Shown here piece after piece: positions 43,257 to 57,826 of a stretch of DNA of 64,000 nt (positions within the stretch are counted from its first letter, which is position 1; the number at the start of each line of letters is the position of its first letter). A program made the translations under genes and the position numbers. The notes below the pieces were generated by a model. It was not told the origin of the DNA. It saw only the letters and a list, made by a program, of their open reading frames with translations, and made no database searches. Source of the stretch: Octopus vulgaris (Eukaryota); NCBI GenBank assembly GCA_951406725.2, contig OX597818.1, forward strand, positions 112,282,001 to 112,346,000, in the 5' to 3' direction.

Positions 43257-43301
43257 GTAATAATAATAATAATAATAATAATGATGATGATAATAATAAT
43301 G

Positions 43302-43368
<67 letters not shown>

Positions 43369-43381
43369 TGATGATGATAAT

Positions 43382-43448
<67 letters not shown>

Positions 43449-43493
43449 GTAATAATAATAATAATAATAATAATGATGATGATAATAATAATG

Positions 43494-43558
<65 letters not shown>
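43107..43558. repeat. Long (TAA/TGA)n microsatellite with an internal about 190-bp higher-order duplication
   Basis: The variant pattern gatgatgatgataatatta...tagtaa...gatgatgata occurs twice. Confidence 0.9.
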
Positions 43559-44607
43559 TAAATAAATAAATGAAATAAAATATAGAAAAGAATGCATGGA
43601 TTGGATATTATAGATGTAATAGTTTAATACTTACAGAAAGTGAAATGAAAAATATAAGATAATTAACATCAATATATCCTGGTAATAAGTGATATTTATA
43701 ACCTAAGCTGTAGTACACTAAATGAGCTCGAAATATCAAAGATAAAGCAATTAGCGTGGTCTTTGACACCGATGGCTGCGGAGGACAATGAAACGTCATT
43801 TAGATATGGATGACTTCAATTTGTAATAATGAATGACGAGAGAGACTATGTTAGTGAGATTACACGCGTTTAGTAAAGTTATTGTTATGCGATGCGGATT
43901 ATAAAAAAAATACACGATGTCGACATTAATTAGAGGTAAATTAATAAACATTAAAGAATGTTAATAATATGCTAGAAGGAGAATAGAGAGCTAGATCAAA
44001 CTCGGATTTTAAGGGAATATTATTGAAGCATTAAATTTATTGTTCGTGTACTAAGCTGCGAAATAAAATTACTATAGAACTGAGAGCGAGGTGGCAGAAT
44101 AAATATAAAAGACATCAATACAATAGTCGTTCACGTAATAATATTATATTGTTCTTAACTGGATGTTAAATAAATTAGCAAGATTAGAGAGAAGAAAAGA
44201 TATAACGACGCTACCTAGAATACACAACTGACGTCTGATACATGTCAATAATATTTATCAAAAGTACAGAAAGGTAGACGAATGTTATGTAACTATAAAA
44301 CTATTAGAGTATTCATTGAAGGATTAAAAATATTTCTTGTAAACAACAACGAAATTCCAATAAAAATAATTTCAAATGAAACAACAAATTACTTATATGA
44401 CTCCTTTTTGGGACCAACAAACACAGTGCATTTGAGGTTACGGGAATTTGGGAAGAGATAAAGAAAGACCAAAATAACTGATATTGTGGAATTTCGAAAA
44501 TCTAAACTAAATACGAGAAGTGTCTTCTATTATGGTTCCAAGGATCAACAAAACAAACTGAATGAGTCCCGTTAAATACATACCTACCTACCTAAACACA
44601 CACACGC

Positions 44608-44650
<43 letters not shown>

Positions 44651-44790
44651 CATATATATATACTTATATATATATATACATATATCTATCTATATCTATA
44701 TCTATATATATATATACATATGTAGGTCCCGGGTTGATTCGGGGTTAACCACAGTAAATAAGGTACTCAATACATAGCAGAGTAAAATTA

Positions 44791-44912
44791 ATTTATTATA
44801 TAGAAGGAGCTTCTACAGGACTAGAACTGTTTCATTCAAGAGAAATCTTCAGGAAGATTTCTCTTGAATGAAACAGTTCTAGTCCTGTAGAAGCTCCTTC
44901 TATATAATAAAT
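44791..44912. repeat. Perfect 60-bp-arm palindrome (2-nt spacer) within a pLTR-like element 44722-44912
   Basis: 44791-44850 is the exact reverse complement of 44853-44912. Confidence 0.95.
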
Positions 44913-44961
44913 ATATATATACATATATATATGTATGTATGTATATAACGAGACTCATTCA

Positions 44962-45002
<41 letters not shown>

Positions 45003-45425
45003 TTCAGCCATTGAGACTTTTTCAACTGTAAGTATGGAAAACAATTAAATTTTTGAAGAATTAAAAGGAAAGCTTTTTAAAAGAATATTTGCATAGCGTT
45101 TAAATACAAGGGACATTTTTAGCTGTTCTCTATATCTCATACTGTTTCTTTGTTTCAGAATATCAGATGACATTGGAGTAAAAGAAATTTTTACTTAGAT
45201 ACATGATATTCAACAAAAAAGGAAGGTATTACACTGAATCCATATAACCCTGTTTATATAAATTCTTGGTGAATTACTATCTGGAATCTGTACAGGATTA
45301 ACTTGGACAAATTTATAGAGTTAGCAGTATCTTTAGATACTGATAAAAACACTAAAAATATTCGTTAGGAATAAAGTATGAAAACAAAAAGACAAACGAT
45401 ATAATGTGTTCAAAGAAGAAAAGTT

Positions 45426-45620
45426 ATGGAAAATGAATTGAGAACCATGTTAAATGCATAACAGAGTCTAAAATGAGTGATCTTCCTGATGTGATGCTGA
45501 AAGAGACAGGAAAAACATCATTCCACTGTGATATCTGTGATAAGTCATTCTCTCAGAAAGCTAATCTCTTTACTCATAAACATATTCACATTGGAGAAAA
45601 ACCATATTGCTGTGATATAT
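45426..45620 (+). pseudogene. Truncated C2H2 zinc-finger gene (one finger plus start of a second), octopus ZNF-expansion type
   Basis: [33 protein letters not shown]. The upstream MENEL start is frameshifted, there is a possible acceptor ttctttgtttcag at about 45158, and the gene is cut by a SINE tail. Confidence 0.8.
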
Positions 45621-45705
45621 TTACTTGGTTCGATTTGTTCCACCGAATCTTACCATGTGGTGCCCCAGCATGGCAATAGTCCAAAGACTGAAACAAGTAA
45701 ACGAG
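45621..45705 (+). mobile_element. SINE family 1 3' tail fragment
   Basis: ggtgccccagcatggc..gactgaaacaagtaaa. Confidence 0.65.
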
Positions 45706-47459
45706 GAGAAAGAAAGGATAAAAAACCGTCCATGTAAGTGTGTATGTAACATTTAATCACGGAATCTTTGGCTGCGAAATCTTTTCCAAGAGAATGTTCA
45801 CTTGTAGCGGTCAGAAAACAGTGGAAACTATTTCAGACTTGCTACATACGACCAGAATACTTTTTATAAGTATATACAGGAAAACAGGTTTCAAACATGA
45901 CAATCCAACCCTATTAATCAATGTGCCAACACACAAAGGTAGAGAGATCAATAAGAATCTGTTCGAATGTTGTCGTCACACAAGAAAGGAAGAATTTCTC
46001 TATTGAAGCACCGCTCTAAGTTATCAAAGCATTTTCAAGAATAACAGGGCGTGAACACTGATAAAAAAAAAGATGCAGAATAAAAATGGAAGCCCAGGTT
46101 TTATAAATATGGGAAACAAGTAAAATAGCAATTTGAACGCACTGCATCAATATTACGTAAATGAAAGGGCAATGGAAGATATGAAATGCAATCTGAAAGC
46201 CGCACGCATCTTAAATTCTTAGTGCTGTGAATGGTAATGTAGTGAAATGAAGCAATTGACCTAATACTAATGAAACAAATATAAATATTAATATAAATAC
46301 TATTTGACATGGTTATTATTAGTGTCCATCAGAATTAACAAATATATAAGAATGATATTTGTGATTGTACTAAGAGGAAATTAGTCTCCTTAGAAAAATA
46401 GGAATCTAAGTTATGTTGACTGGAATCGTGAACTGACAGCAAAGTTTACGTGCATTTATTTTTGTGCGATAATATTTTGAGATTCCCGAATGTTGGATTA
46501 TATTTATTTTGCTTCCCGAGTTTCCATTTAGAGTATCATTTCGTGCAATGATGGCGAAATTAAGTCTGATTGACAATAATCTTCATCAACGTCAAAAATT
46601 AAAACTGTTCATTTCTGATTAAATCACTTCCACACGTAATCAAATACAAATACACAAACCCAAGCATTCACACACACAAATACACATATATATGTTTGTG
46701 TGTATGTGTGTGTGTATCCGCGCATGCGTGCGTTTGTGTGCGTGTGTGAATGAGTTTGTGTATATGTGCATCAATGTATTTGTATGAAAAAGCGATTTAT
46801 ATACTGGTACATACATTGTTCATGGATGGTGGCATAAGGTATGATCATAATTTCTCTCCTTTTATTTTCCAAATCATCCTTATTAGTTATTTACGATTTC
46901 ATATTATATATTTACCATGTCCTCTCATTCTGAACCCAATAACAGCGTGGTTCTTTATCTTCCACGCCTTCTACTTTGAATAACTATAGAGTAGCTAGTA
47001 GATAATAATATACTATTGAAATAATGGTTTCTATTTAGCTTAAGAGGAAAGGGTGAAGGAAGAAAACGAACAGAATTTTCAAAAAAGACATCAGACGATG
47101 TCGCTCATGGATATAGAAATAAGCATAAAGAATTTACGTTTGCGGTAAAGTCGGAAACTATCTTTCTTCGTATTCCTTTACAGTATTAAAATATTCCAAA
47201 ATGAGTTATTCTTTTGCAGTATCACCTGTTTGTGTAGGTTCCATCTATGTCTTTGAGGATTAGTGGTGTGTTATGTGGCAACCGCGCTACCATTTTTGAA
47301 GATACCACTACGATGGAATATTCTACCTGCACAGATTGGACACATGAGGACTGTTTATATTTCTGTTTAATTTTTGGTTAATTCAAGATTCCTAGGCGAG
47401 AACACGTGAGAATTATTTGTTTCTTCGTTTCTTTCTAATTTTATAATATATCATTATAA

Positions 47460-47675
47460 TAATCGTTTCAAAATTGGGCGCAAGGCAAGCAATTTCGCGA
47501 AAGGTGAATAAGTCGATTGCATCGACATCAGAGGTTAGCTTGTACTCATGTTATCGACCCCGAAAGGGATGAAAGTTAAAGTTGACCTCACCAGAATTTG
47601 AAGTGGGGACAGAAAGACAGCAAAATACCACAAAGCGTTTTGCTTAATGCGTTAACGATTCTGTCAGCTATCCAC
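47460..47675 (-). mobile_element. Degenerate SINE family 2
   Basis: ttatcgaccccgaaagggatgaaagttaaagttgacctc. Confidence 0.7.
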
Positions 47676-48156
47676 ATTATATGGACATAATAATCTCAAT
47701 AACAAATATTTCTCAGTGAATTGAATATTTTCTCTTTCCTACCAATGGCATATCCAAGGAGACCAATTTTCTTTATCTTGATCGACTTCAGCTGAGATTG
47801 ATAAATGACTATATACTCAATTAATATGACGTATGTAATCGTTTTCACTTTAAATCCAAGAGAAAGCGAGATAAAGGAGAGAAGAATGGAGTAGTCCACA
47901 CATAGTTGTAGCGTAGGTGGAAATAATTTTCCAATGACTGATATTAAGATGAAAATCTAATTCTTGCAACTGTTAGTAAAACACATTTCAATACAAACTT
48001 GGTTTGATTCATTGAATGGTGACATTATTTCGGTATATGCAACTTTGTGTTGCTTTCTATAACTTAACGAGGAATTTTTTTATATGGAAAGGAGAAAACT
48101 GCAGATAGATAACAAACTAAATCCCAAGATGGAAGAATATAATACTTTTATTAGAC

Positions 48157-48445
48157 GAAGGAGTGGTTATGTGATTAGAAGCTCGGTTCCTTACCAAGAA
48201 CCACATGGTTTCGCGTTCAGTTCCACTGCGTGGAAACTTGCTTAGTGCTTTCTACTATAGCTTCGAGCTGATCAAAACTTTTTGAGTGGATTTGTTGGAC
48301 GGAAACCGAAAGGAGGCGTCGTATATAAATATGTGTGGCACTGTCGCAGGCGGAGTAATGTGGTATGAAGTTTACTTTCCAACGTCGTGGTTCTTGGTTC
48401 TGTCACACTACGTGATATCTTAGGCAAATATCTTTTACAATAGTA
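48157..48445 (+). mobile_element. Two degenerate SINE family 1 heads
   Basis: ggagtggttatgtgattagaag..ttcagttccactgcgtgg and ggagtaatgtggtatgaag... Confidence 0.65.
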
Positions 48446-48649
48446 CTCCATGTAAATTTATTTTGTAAACACATAAATACATGTATGCGTATACATGCGT
48501 GCTCATCCACTTCACAATTTCAGAGTTGCTTCTGTTAGAGAACAATTGCATAGACTTTCTCTCGTTAGCTTCGAAAGTATCAAACTCCATAATATTCAGT
48601 TCCATTAAATCGAGTGCGCATTATGTAACTTATAAATATTCATTTAAAA

Positions 48650-48723
48650 TCTATCTATCCGTCCATCCATCCATCTATCTATCTATCCATCTATCTATCT
48701 ATCTGTGTGTCTATCTATCTATA

Positions 48724-48796
<73 letters not shown>

Positions 48797-48850
48797 CTTT
48801 GACTCTCTGTCTATTTATCTATATATCTATCTATCCATTTATCTATCACT
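48650..48850. repeat. (TCTA)n tetranucleotide microsatellite
   Basis: Direct reading of the sequence. Confidence 0.95.
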
Positions 48851-49350
48851 CTCTATTTGTAAACCTAGAATACTTTTATAATATGTAATTAAACGGAATT
48901 TCATATTAACCAATGAAAACAGAACATAACATTACATATTCAGTTTATTAGTAGCAATTATTATTACCATTAAATAAGATTTCATTAAAGTCGATAACGC
49001 AGATATACATTTAAATACGATTATAACTCGAAATATATATTATTATTCAGCAATAAAATGAAGTTAAATGAAATGTATCAATAGCACACACTTTAAACGT
49101 TTGCCTTTATTATGAGGTCGTGCTACCACTTCCAAAACTATAATGCCAAGGTAGAAGGCAAAGCAAGAGGATACACATACGAGAAAGAGTCGTTGAAGGG
49201 GTCACAGTATGTGTGACGAAAAAGTTTCGTCTAAGAAACAAAGAAAAACAAATATATATATATATATATATAATCATAGAAAGAGTCGTTGAAGACGTCA
49301 CAGTATGTGTGACGAAAGAGTTCTATATAAGAAAAAAAATATATATATAT

Positions 49351-50389
49351 AACCAAGAAAAGAGCAACAAGAATGGATTAGTAGTTTAGTACAATTGTTT
49401 CATACCAAGATCCATTTTATTTAAAGCTGCAAGTATTGCAGCAAATACAAATGTCCAGTGTCCATCAGCTAAATCACATATATGTTTTCCAGACATCCTA
49501 GAGAGTATGTCTATCCTCATGAAGTATTGGGAGTGAGTTCTATGAAATTTAAAGTCAAATTATAAGCAGGCTCAAATTGCTTTCTAATGATGCACAGTTT
49601 TATAAAAAGTTTTTAAAAAGATTGTTAACTTCCCAGAGAAGGTGAATCTATCCATAAAAATGCAGATATAATTTCCGGAGACATGAGGAAAGCTGTTGGT
49701 CACACAGCGGTTCATTTCACAACTAAGCTGTTGCAAACCGAATTTGGTTGTAGTAGTAAGAAAGCCAGCGAAGCAGATTCAGTCCAAATAAAGGACATTA
49801 TAGGAGGAAAGGAGTAGGGGAGTAAGAAGGCATAGATATACCACAGACAAAGGTTAGTTTATTTCTGTGGTGACAGAAAATCTAGGTCAGTGTTGAAGGA
49901 ATCTTAGATTTATAAAAGTTTGACCACCACCAGCTATGAACTGAGACACTCCCAGAGTTAATGGTAGGATAAAGAATACAGAGGGATCAAAGGAAAACAT
50001 TAAAGGGGTCAAAGGCCATCAGTAGAGGAAGATACAGTAAGAAGGTTAAGGATAACACGAGAAAAGAAGGTTATTTATTTATTTATTATTGTTGTTTCTA
50101 TTTTAACTTATGTTTATATATTGTAAGAAAGCATTTTGGTCAAAATCCAGAGGTCAAATAAATTCAATAGTAAATTGTGGGAGAATTTTATTTATTCAAA
50201 GTATATAGTGAAAATTACTTGTATCCTTAAGGGAATAGTATTATTTATTAAATTTAGAATAGAATTAGGAAATATTATCAAATTTATATGATTTAAGTTA
50301 GGTTAGTCATATAAATATAAAATGGTTCTTGGTATGAAACAATTGTACTAAACTACTAATCCATTCTTGTTGCTTTTTTCTTGGTTATA
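49351..50389 (-). mobile_element. Non-coding PLE-like element with inverted terminal duplication (about 60-70 bp)
   Basis: 49351-49410 is the reverse complement of 50327-50386; a hammerhead-like fold lies near the left end, which abuts (TA)n. Confidence 0.7.
49385..49473 (-). ncRNA. Hammerhead-like motif with extended stem II
   Basis: Minus strand reads TTTAG-CTGATGG-[60-nt hairpin]-GAAA-CAATTG-TA-CTAAA; A9 is G. Confidence 0.55.
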
Positions 50390-50587
50390 ATCACCCCACA
50401 TTTTTATGGTTAATACCATAAACAATTCTGGTGAATCTAAGTTAAGTACCATATTCATTTGAATTCTTTGGAATTCACTTGAATCTTAATTGTTTTTGCT
50501 GAAAGTATATATATAAAATCAAAATAAGCAATCACCCTATTTTGAAACTGTATGGATAATACCGTACAAAATTCTGGGGTCTCAACT

Positions 50588-50739
50588 GTCTGGTAAGTAG
50601 CTTGCTTACCAAATACGTGGTTCTGGGGTTCAGTCCCACTGCGTGGAACCCAGGTCAAGTATCCTCTACTATAGCTACGAGCAGACCAAAGGCTTGTGCG
50701 TGGATTTGGGATTTGGTAGACGGAAACTAAGATGCTCGT

Positions 50740-50745
<6 letters not shown>
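50588..50745 (+). mobile_element. SINE family 1 5' part
   Basis: tggtaagtagcttgcttacc..ggttcagtcccactgcgtgg..tttggtagacggaaact. Confidence 0.8.
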
Positions 50746-50805
<60 letters not shown>

Positions 50806-51017
50806 TGAGAGAGTTGGTATGTAAAAGCACGTAATTGGATGTATAAAAGACTGAAAAGTTTGAAAAAACTACAGGAGGCTTGTGTTATATGGTTAAAAGA
50901 ACATATTTAAATCGTTATGTTAGAAAAATGTTATAAAAGTTTGCGTATAGTAACATAGTTTTGGGAGAAATAACCGGTTTCGTACTTTTTTTCAAATTTC
51001 TCAAATTTCTTGACCTA

Positions 51018-52486
51018 CAGTTGCGGCTAAAATGTTCAGAACGGCATTGTTTTCGTCAGAAAAGTAGGAATAATTTTTTTATCAAAATTGTTTTATATTC
51101 TGTAATTTTCACAGACAATAACTACGATATTATTTGTTATTGTCTGAGATTTTGGTGTAATTTGAGAGGATAATACAAAAGTTATGGATGATTTAGTGAT
51201 TTACTGCAAAACCCATAGCGGCCAAAATGATCAGAACGGTTGCTTTTACTCCGTGTTTTAGTATATTTAACCGGCGAACTCTAATGTTTTGAATTTGTTT
51301 ACGTGACGGTTCATTTACTAAACACGCCGTAAGAATATCTGTAGTGTACTTTGTTAATATAATGCCACTTACTCCGTTACCAATACGTCAGCAGATTATT
51401 AAGCTTCGAAAGAAGGATAATTTAAGCATTGGGTCTATTGCAAAGATTGTTAACAAGTCAAAGTGTTGTTCACGGTATTCTTAAGGTCTACGATGATTGT
51501 GGTTCGTGTGAAGCAAGAAAGTCCACAGGTAGGCCAAGAAAAACGACCAAGAGAGAAGATCGTGCTATGGTAAAGTTGGTTATAAAGGTTAGATTTAAAA
51601 CTGCTGCTGCTGTTTCTCGGGAAATGAGCATTGTACGGAAGAAACATTTATCGCGAAAAACTGTGTCTCGTCGTTTAGTTGAACATGACCTACAAGCAAG
51701 AGCACCTGCAGTGAAGCCACTGATCAGCTCCAAGAATAAAAAATGTCGTCTTACCTTTGCAACCGAACATGTGTTGTGGTCTCAAGAAAAATGGCAAACG
51801 GTGCATTTCAGTGATGAATCTAAGTCTATGTTATTTGGCTCAGATGGGAAAAGCAGGTGAAAAATTGTCGCCTAAATGCCTTAAGACTAATGTTAAATTC
51901 GGTGGAGGAAGTGTCATGGTTTGGGGGATGATATCTGGAGATGTTGTGGGCTCTTTGCTGCGATTACATGGAAAGGTAAATGCAGGAGTTTATAAACAAC
52001 TTGTAAAATATCATGTCTTGCCTGTGCTGAGAAATTCAACTAAGCGACCACCCATATTCATGCAGGACAATGCCCCATGTCACAAAGCTAAGGCGGTCAT
52101 GAACTTCCTCAAGGCTGAAAAGGTTATTTTTATGGATTGGCTTGCTCAAAGCTATTGAAAACATGTGCTGGAGTCGGAAAGACAACATCCAGGTCTCCTG
52201 GAGAACGTCCGAAAGCCAGAAATCCTAAAACAACCGAGCAATTATGAAATACCCTTCAGGAAGAATGGAATAAGATCACCTAGAAAGAAATTGAAAATTT
52301 AATTTCCCCATGCAGTCCAAAATGTCAAACTTTAATTGAAGCTAAAGGGCTTCACACTAAATATGAAATAATTCCAGCATTCTCTGTCATTTTTGATTTT
52401 TTTTGTTATTTTTTTCAACCGTTCTGATCATTTTGACCACCATGGGTTTTGCAGTAAATCACTATATCATCCATAACTTTGTATTA
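51018..52486 (+). mobile_element. Tc1-family DNA transposon of IR/DR type, defective, right TIR truncated
   Basis: TA|CAGTTG left end; direct-repeat motif gcggc(t/c)aaaatg(t/a)tcagaacgg at about 51023 and 51218; 51171-51242 is inverted at 52416-52486. Confidence 0.88.
51362..52365 (+). pseudogene. Tc1 DDE transposase pseudogene
   Basis: GRPRKTT, FSDESK, VKFGGGSVMVWG, MQDNAPCH, IENM and GLHTKY motifs, with several frameshifts and deletions. Confidence 0.9.
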
Positions 52487-52589
52487 ACGACAGCATTAAG
52501 CAACATTGGTAAGGAGTATTTTAAGGGAACTTTTGGCCAGCTGCTGATTACATGAATGATGACTTCCTTAGAAATGAAAAAATCCAGCA

Positions 52590-52670
52590 AAGGTGTGGCC
52601 GTGCGGTAAGACGCTTGCTTCCCAATAACATGGTTCTGGGTTCAGTCGGACTGTGTGCTACGTTGGCCTG
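52590..52670 (+). mobile_element. SINE family 1 head fragment
   Basis: ggtgtggccgtgcggtaagacgcttgcttccc..ggttctgggttcagtc. Confidence 0.65.
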
Positions 52671-52679
52671 GTCTATTCA

Positions 52680-53777
52680 GAAATCAAGGCTGCATCATCT
52701 GGGAAATGCTTTCCTTTCAAAAACAACTTCATGGCTGGGAAGAGGTGAAAATCAGAGGGTGCAAGGTCAGGAGAGTAGGGGGATGTGGGTGGAGTTCATA
52801 GCCGCATGCCTGTGCTTCTGATCTGGAGACAAGCGAGTTGTGGACCGGAGCGTTGTCCAGCAGGAGGAGGATGCCTTTGCTGATCTTGCCCCGCCTCTTG
52901 ATTTTGATAGCTTCTCTTAATTTCCTCAAAAGTGAAGCATAATAGGCTCCTGCAATTGTGGTACCCTTTGCCAGGCAAATCTGTCATCACTACACCGTCC
53001 TGGTCCCAGAAGACTGTGAGCATGACCTTGCCAGCGGAGGGCTGCACTCTTGCCTTCTTTGGAGGAGGTGAGTCACGGTGCTTCCACTGCATTGACTGGG
53101 CTTTGGTATCTGGATCATAGTGATGGACCCAGGTTTCATCCTGTGTAATCAGTCTTTTGAAAAATTTTGACTCATCTTCTTGGCACATCTCCAAATTCAT
53201 CCTTGTGCACTAGACGCGTTCTTGCTTCTGGAAAGGTGTGAGCAGCCTGGAAATCCATCTTGCAGACACCTTTTGCATATCCAAATGGTCATGAATGATA
53301 GTTTCCACAGACCCGGTACTAATCTTGACCTCATGGGCTATTTGGCGAATAGTTATGCGTCGATCTTCCAAAATGGCAGCCTCAACTTGACGGACAGATG
53401 CCTCATCAATGCCAGAAGTGGGGCGACCAGATCTGGGAGCTGTTTCCACAGAGTTCCGACCATGTTTAAATTCACGATGCCAGCGTTTTACAAGGTCATA
53501 TGATGGGGCATCATCACCATAAGTTACTTTCATTTCATCAAAAGTCTTCCGTGGTGTACGTCCTTTTAAATACAAAACCCGGATCACTGCTCGACACTCA
53601 ACAGGCTCCATTTCATACCTGACTCAGTTCAAACACCTGTAAATCAGAAACCGCAATTAGTCCAGAGCTGTAATTTGCCACGTAATCTATAGAGATATAA
53701 ATAATTGCACATGTAAAATTTCAGCTAGATCAAATAATTGCAAGTGGGTCAGGAGCATTACTTATTGAACGTCCCTC

Positions 53778-53778
<1 letters not shown>
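52680..53778 (-). mobile_element. Mariner (DD34D) transposon, 3'-truncated, transposase 53611 to about 52680 with a stop and frameshifts
   Basis: MEPVECRAVIRVL..PRSGRP..VSARWISRLL, ITQDETWVHHYDP, SAGKVMLTVFWD and DNAPVH motifs; 5' TIR TA|CGAGGGACGTTCAATAAGTAA at 53778. Confidence 0.92.
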
Positions 53779-53822
<44 letters not shown>

Positions 53823-53830
53823 TATATATG

Positions 53831-55270
<1,440 letters not shown>

Positions 55271-56220
55271 AGTGCCCCAGCATGGTTACGGTTTACGAGC
55301 GAAACAAATGAAGGATAAATGATAACAAAATAAAAGAATGAATATATTTGGTATCATCTTGGGTTTCAGAAGTGTTTTGCTGTTTCTTTCGTTCATTAGT
55401 AATCTGCAGCCTTCTCCAGCTTTCAACTTGCACACGTATTTCCTTCGACGTGTAACGTAGTATTTCAATATTGATAAATATTTCGAATATTTTAACTTCT
55501 TCCACATAGAGCTTGTAACTGTAATGTGCGAATTAGCTGGTTATGCATGTGTGTATGGCTGTCAGAATTTATGTATGTATCACGCACACACATATTTGTA
55601 CAAACACATGCACACACACACACACACACGCACTCATACACATACCTATTAATAGGGATGCCGTTTATGAAGGGCAATAACGTGAGAATTTTGAATACAT
55701 TCATATATTTCCGCTGAATCAACGAATTAAAGTCATGATTTCTGGTTAGTAATAAATATTCGCTGCTTTGTCCCCCGTACAAAAGATTGTAATGGCATCG
55801 AATACAATATATCAGCCATTCAGAGATAAAGTACCAATAAACTTATATTTTAAAGGACAGGGGGTAAAGGAAATATATATATATATAAAAAATCAAATAA
55901 GCTAAATACAATAAGAGATTAGATTTGAAACTTGTGAACCTAATAAAAAAAAAATTTGAATTGTGTTTGGACATAATGAAAATGAATCTGTTACAAACAA
56001 ATTTTGCTTTATGAGGCCGCATACGAAGCTGTAAATAAACTCTAAGAAAAGTCTACTAACTTCTAACGTTTTTGACAAAATCAGCGGTACATACAAACAG
56101 ACACGCACACATGTAGACATACACATATTCACATTCTCACACACATACGGTCGCAAATAAGTAAAATCATACATGTAATCTCCTACGCGCGCACACACAC
56201 ACACACACGCACACACACAC

Positions 56221-56260
<40 letters not shown>

Positions 56261-56262
<2 letters not shown>

Positions 56263-56798
56263 GTTTAAATATTAGTTGTGCAAGATTTTTTATGTGAAGT
56301 CGTGTGTTGAAACAGATATTGTTATATTTCGGAATGGTCATATTGCCAGTTTAGCCAATAAAAACACACGCACTATACATTTGGTGTTATTTTGCTTCAG
56401 TGATATTTATTTTTTACATTAATCTTAATCTTATTTCGGCCAAAGTTCTTTCGTCACACTCCTGTGACCGCATCAGTGGTCCTTTGTTTTCTTCTCACTT
56501 ACTTGTGTCTCTCCTTACTAACCGTCAGCCATTTTGTATTTCTATTGTATGTCTTCATTTGCGCATGCTTATATCTCTATGTGCGTCTATGTTTATTTAG
56601 TGTGTGTGTGGGGGGATGCCTGTAATATTTGTATCTTCTGGTTATATACATTCTTGTAATTTGTATTTTGTTTTTGTTGTTGTTGCTTTTGTTCTAACTT
56701 TGTTCATGTGTTTACATCCACCCATTATTATCATTACATATGCTTGTATGTATGTATAACAACAATATTAGTAATAATAATAATAAATCTAATCGAAA

Positions 56799-56847
<49 letters not shown>

Positions 56848-57580
56848 TATACATACACATACATATATATATGTATATAAACATATACACACATATATAC
56901 ATATATACATATACATATATACACATATATATACACATATACACACACACATATACACACATATACACACATATACACACATACATATATATAGTTATTC
57001 ATTTCTATTTCTTTAATTATCTGTGTATTTATTATGTTTGCAGGATCCACTATCGTCATATGTTGTGGTGTGTGCTATTGCTCCATTCTAGTTTTCTATT
57101 CAGGCTAGGTTTATTTTCTATTATCTGTGTAGCTTCTGTAATTTGTCTAATTGTTGCATCTGTTCTATGTGTGGACAATATCTTAATCTCTATGTTATTG
57201 ATTAATCCCCCGTGTTCTTGTTCGGCGTGTTGGTACAGAATCGATGAGCTTTTACCTTCTTGAGTTGTCTCCAATGTTCATTCACCCGCTCTCCAATGCT
57301 TCTTGCTGTTTCCCCTACGTATGTTACTGTCTTGTTACTGCATCGTCCCTCTATACATCGTATACTATAGACCACATTTCTGGCTTTACAGTTTGTTTGT
57401 GGGCTAAATCTACATACAGTGCAATAGTTATCCGTACAGAGAGTTCTACTAAAAGGATAGGTTCTACCAATTATAGATCTGATAGGGTTGCCTGGCTTTT
57501 CAACAACCTTAATTCTTAGTTTAAGTTTATCTAGGGTCCTTCTAAAGCGGTACGCCAGTTCACCTCCAGGGGTGGTGTCA
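56261..57580 (-). mobile_element. Third copy of the 6511-8289 Penelope-like family (5'-truncated, 1-bp frameshift in GIY-YIG)
   Basis: Reverse complement of about 7032-8289; same 3' terminus at (TA)n. Confidence 0.93.
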
Positions 57581-57698
57581 TGTTCGTTGACACACACTAA
57601 ATAAACATAGAGGCACATAGAGATATAAGCATGCGCAAATGAAGACATACAATAGAAATACAAAATGGCTGACGGTTAGTAAGGAGACGGTTAGTAAG
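57577..57698 (+). other. Junction filler made of re-inverted PLE pieces
   Basis: gtcatgttcgttgacac (=7021-7037), then acactaaataaac...aaggaga (about 7946-8040), then duplicated cggttagtaag. Confidence 0.85.
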
Positions 57699-57826
57699 AA
57701 TCGGCGGCTTATATTTATTTGCTGCCGATAAATTTGGCGCGAGTGCGATGATTTGAAAATTTTAGGTCAGATATTGCCGAGGCAGGGACGGAAATGCCTC
57801 GTGAAAATATCTGTTCCGTTCTGGCT

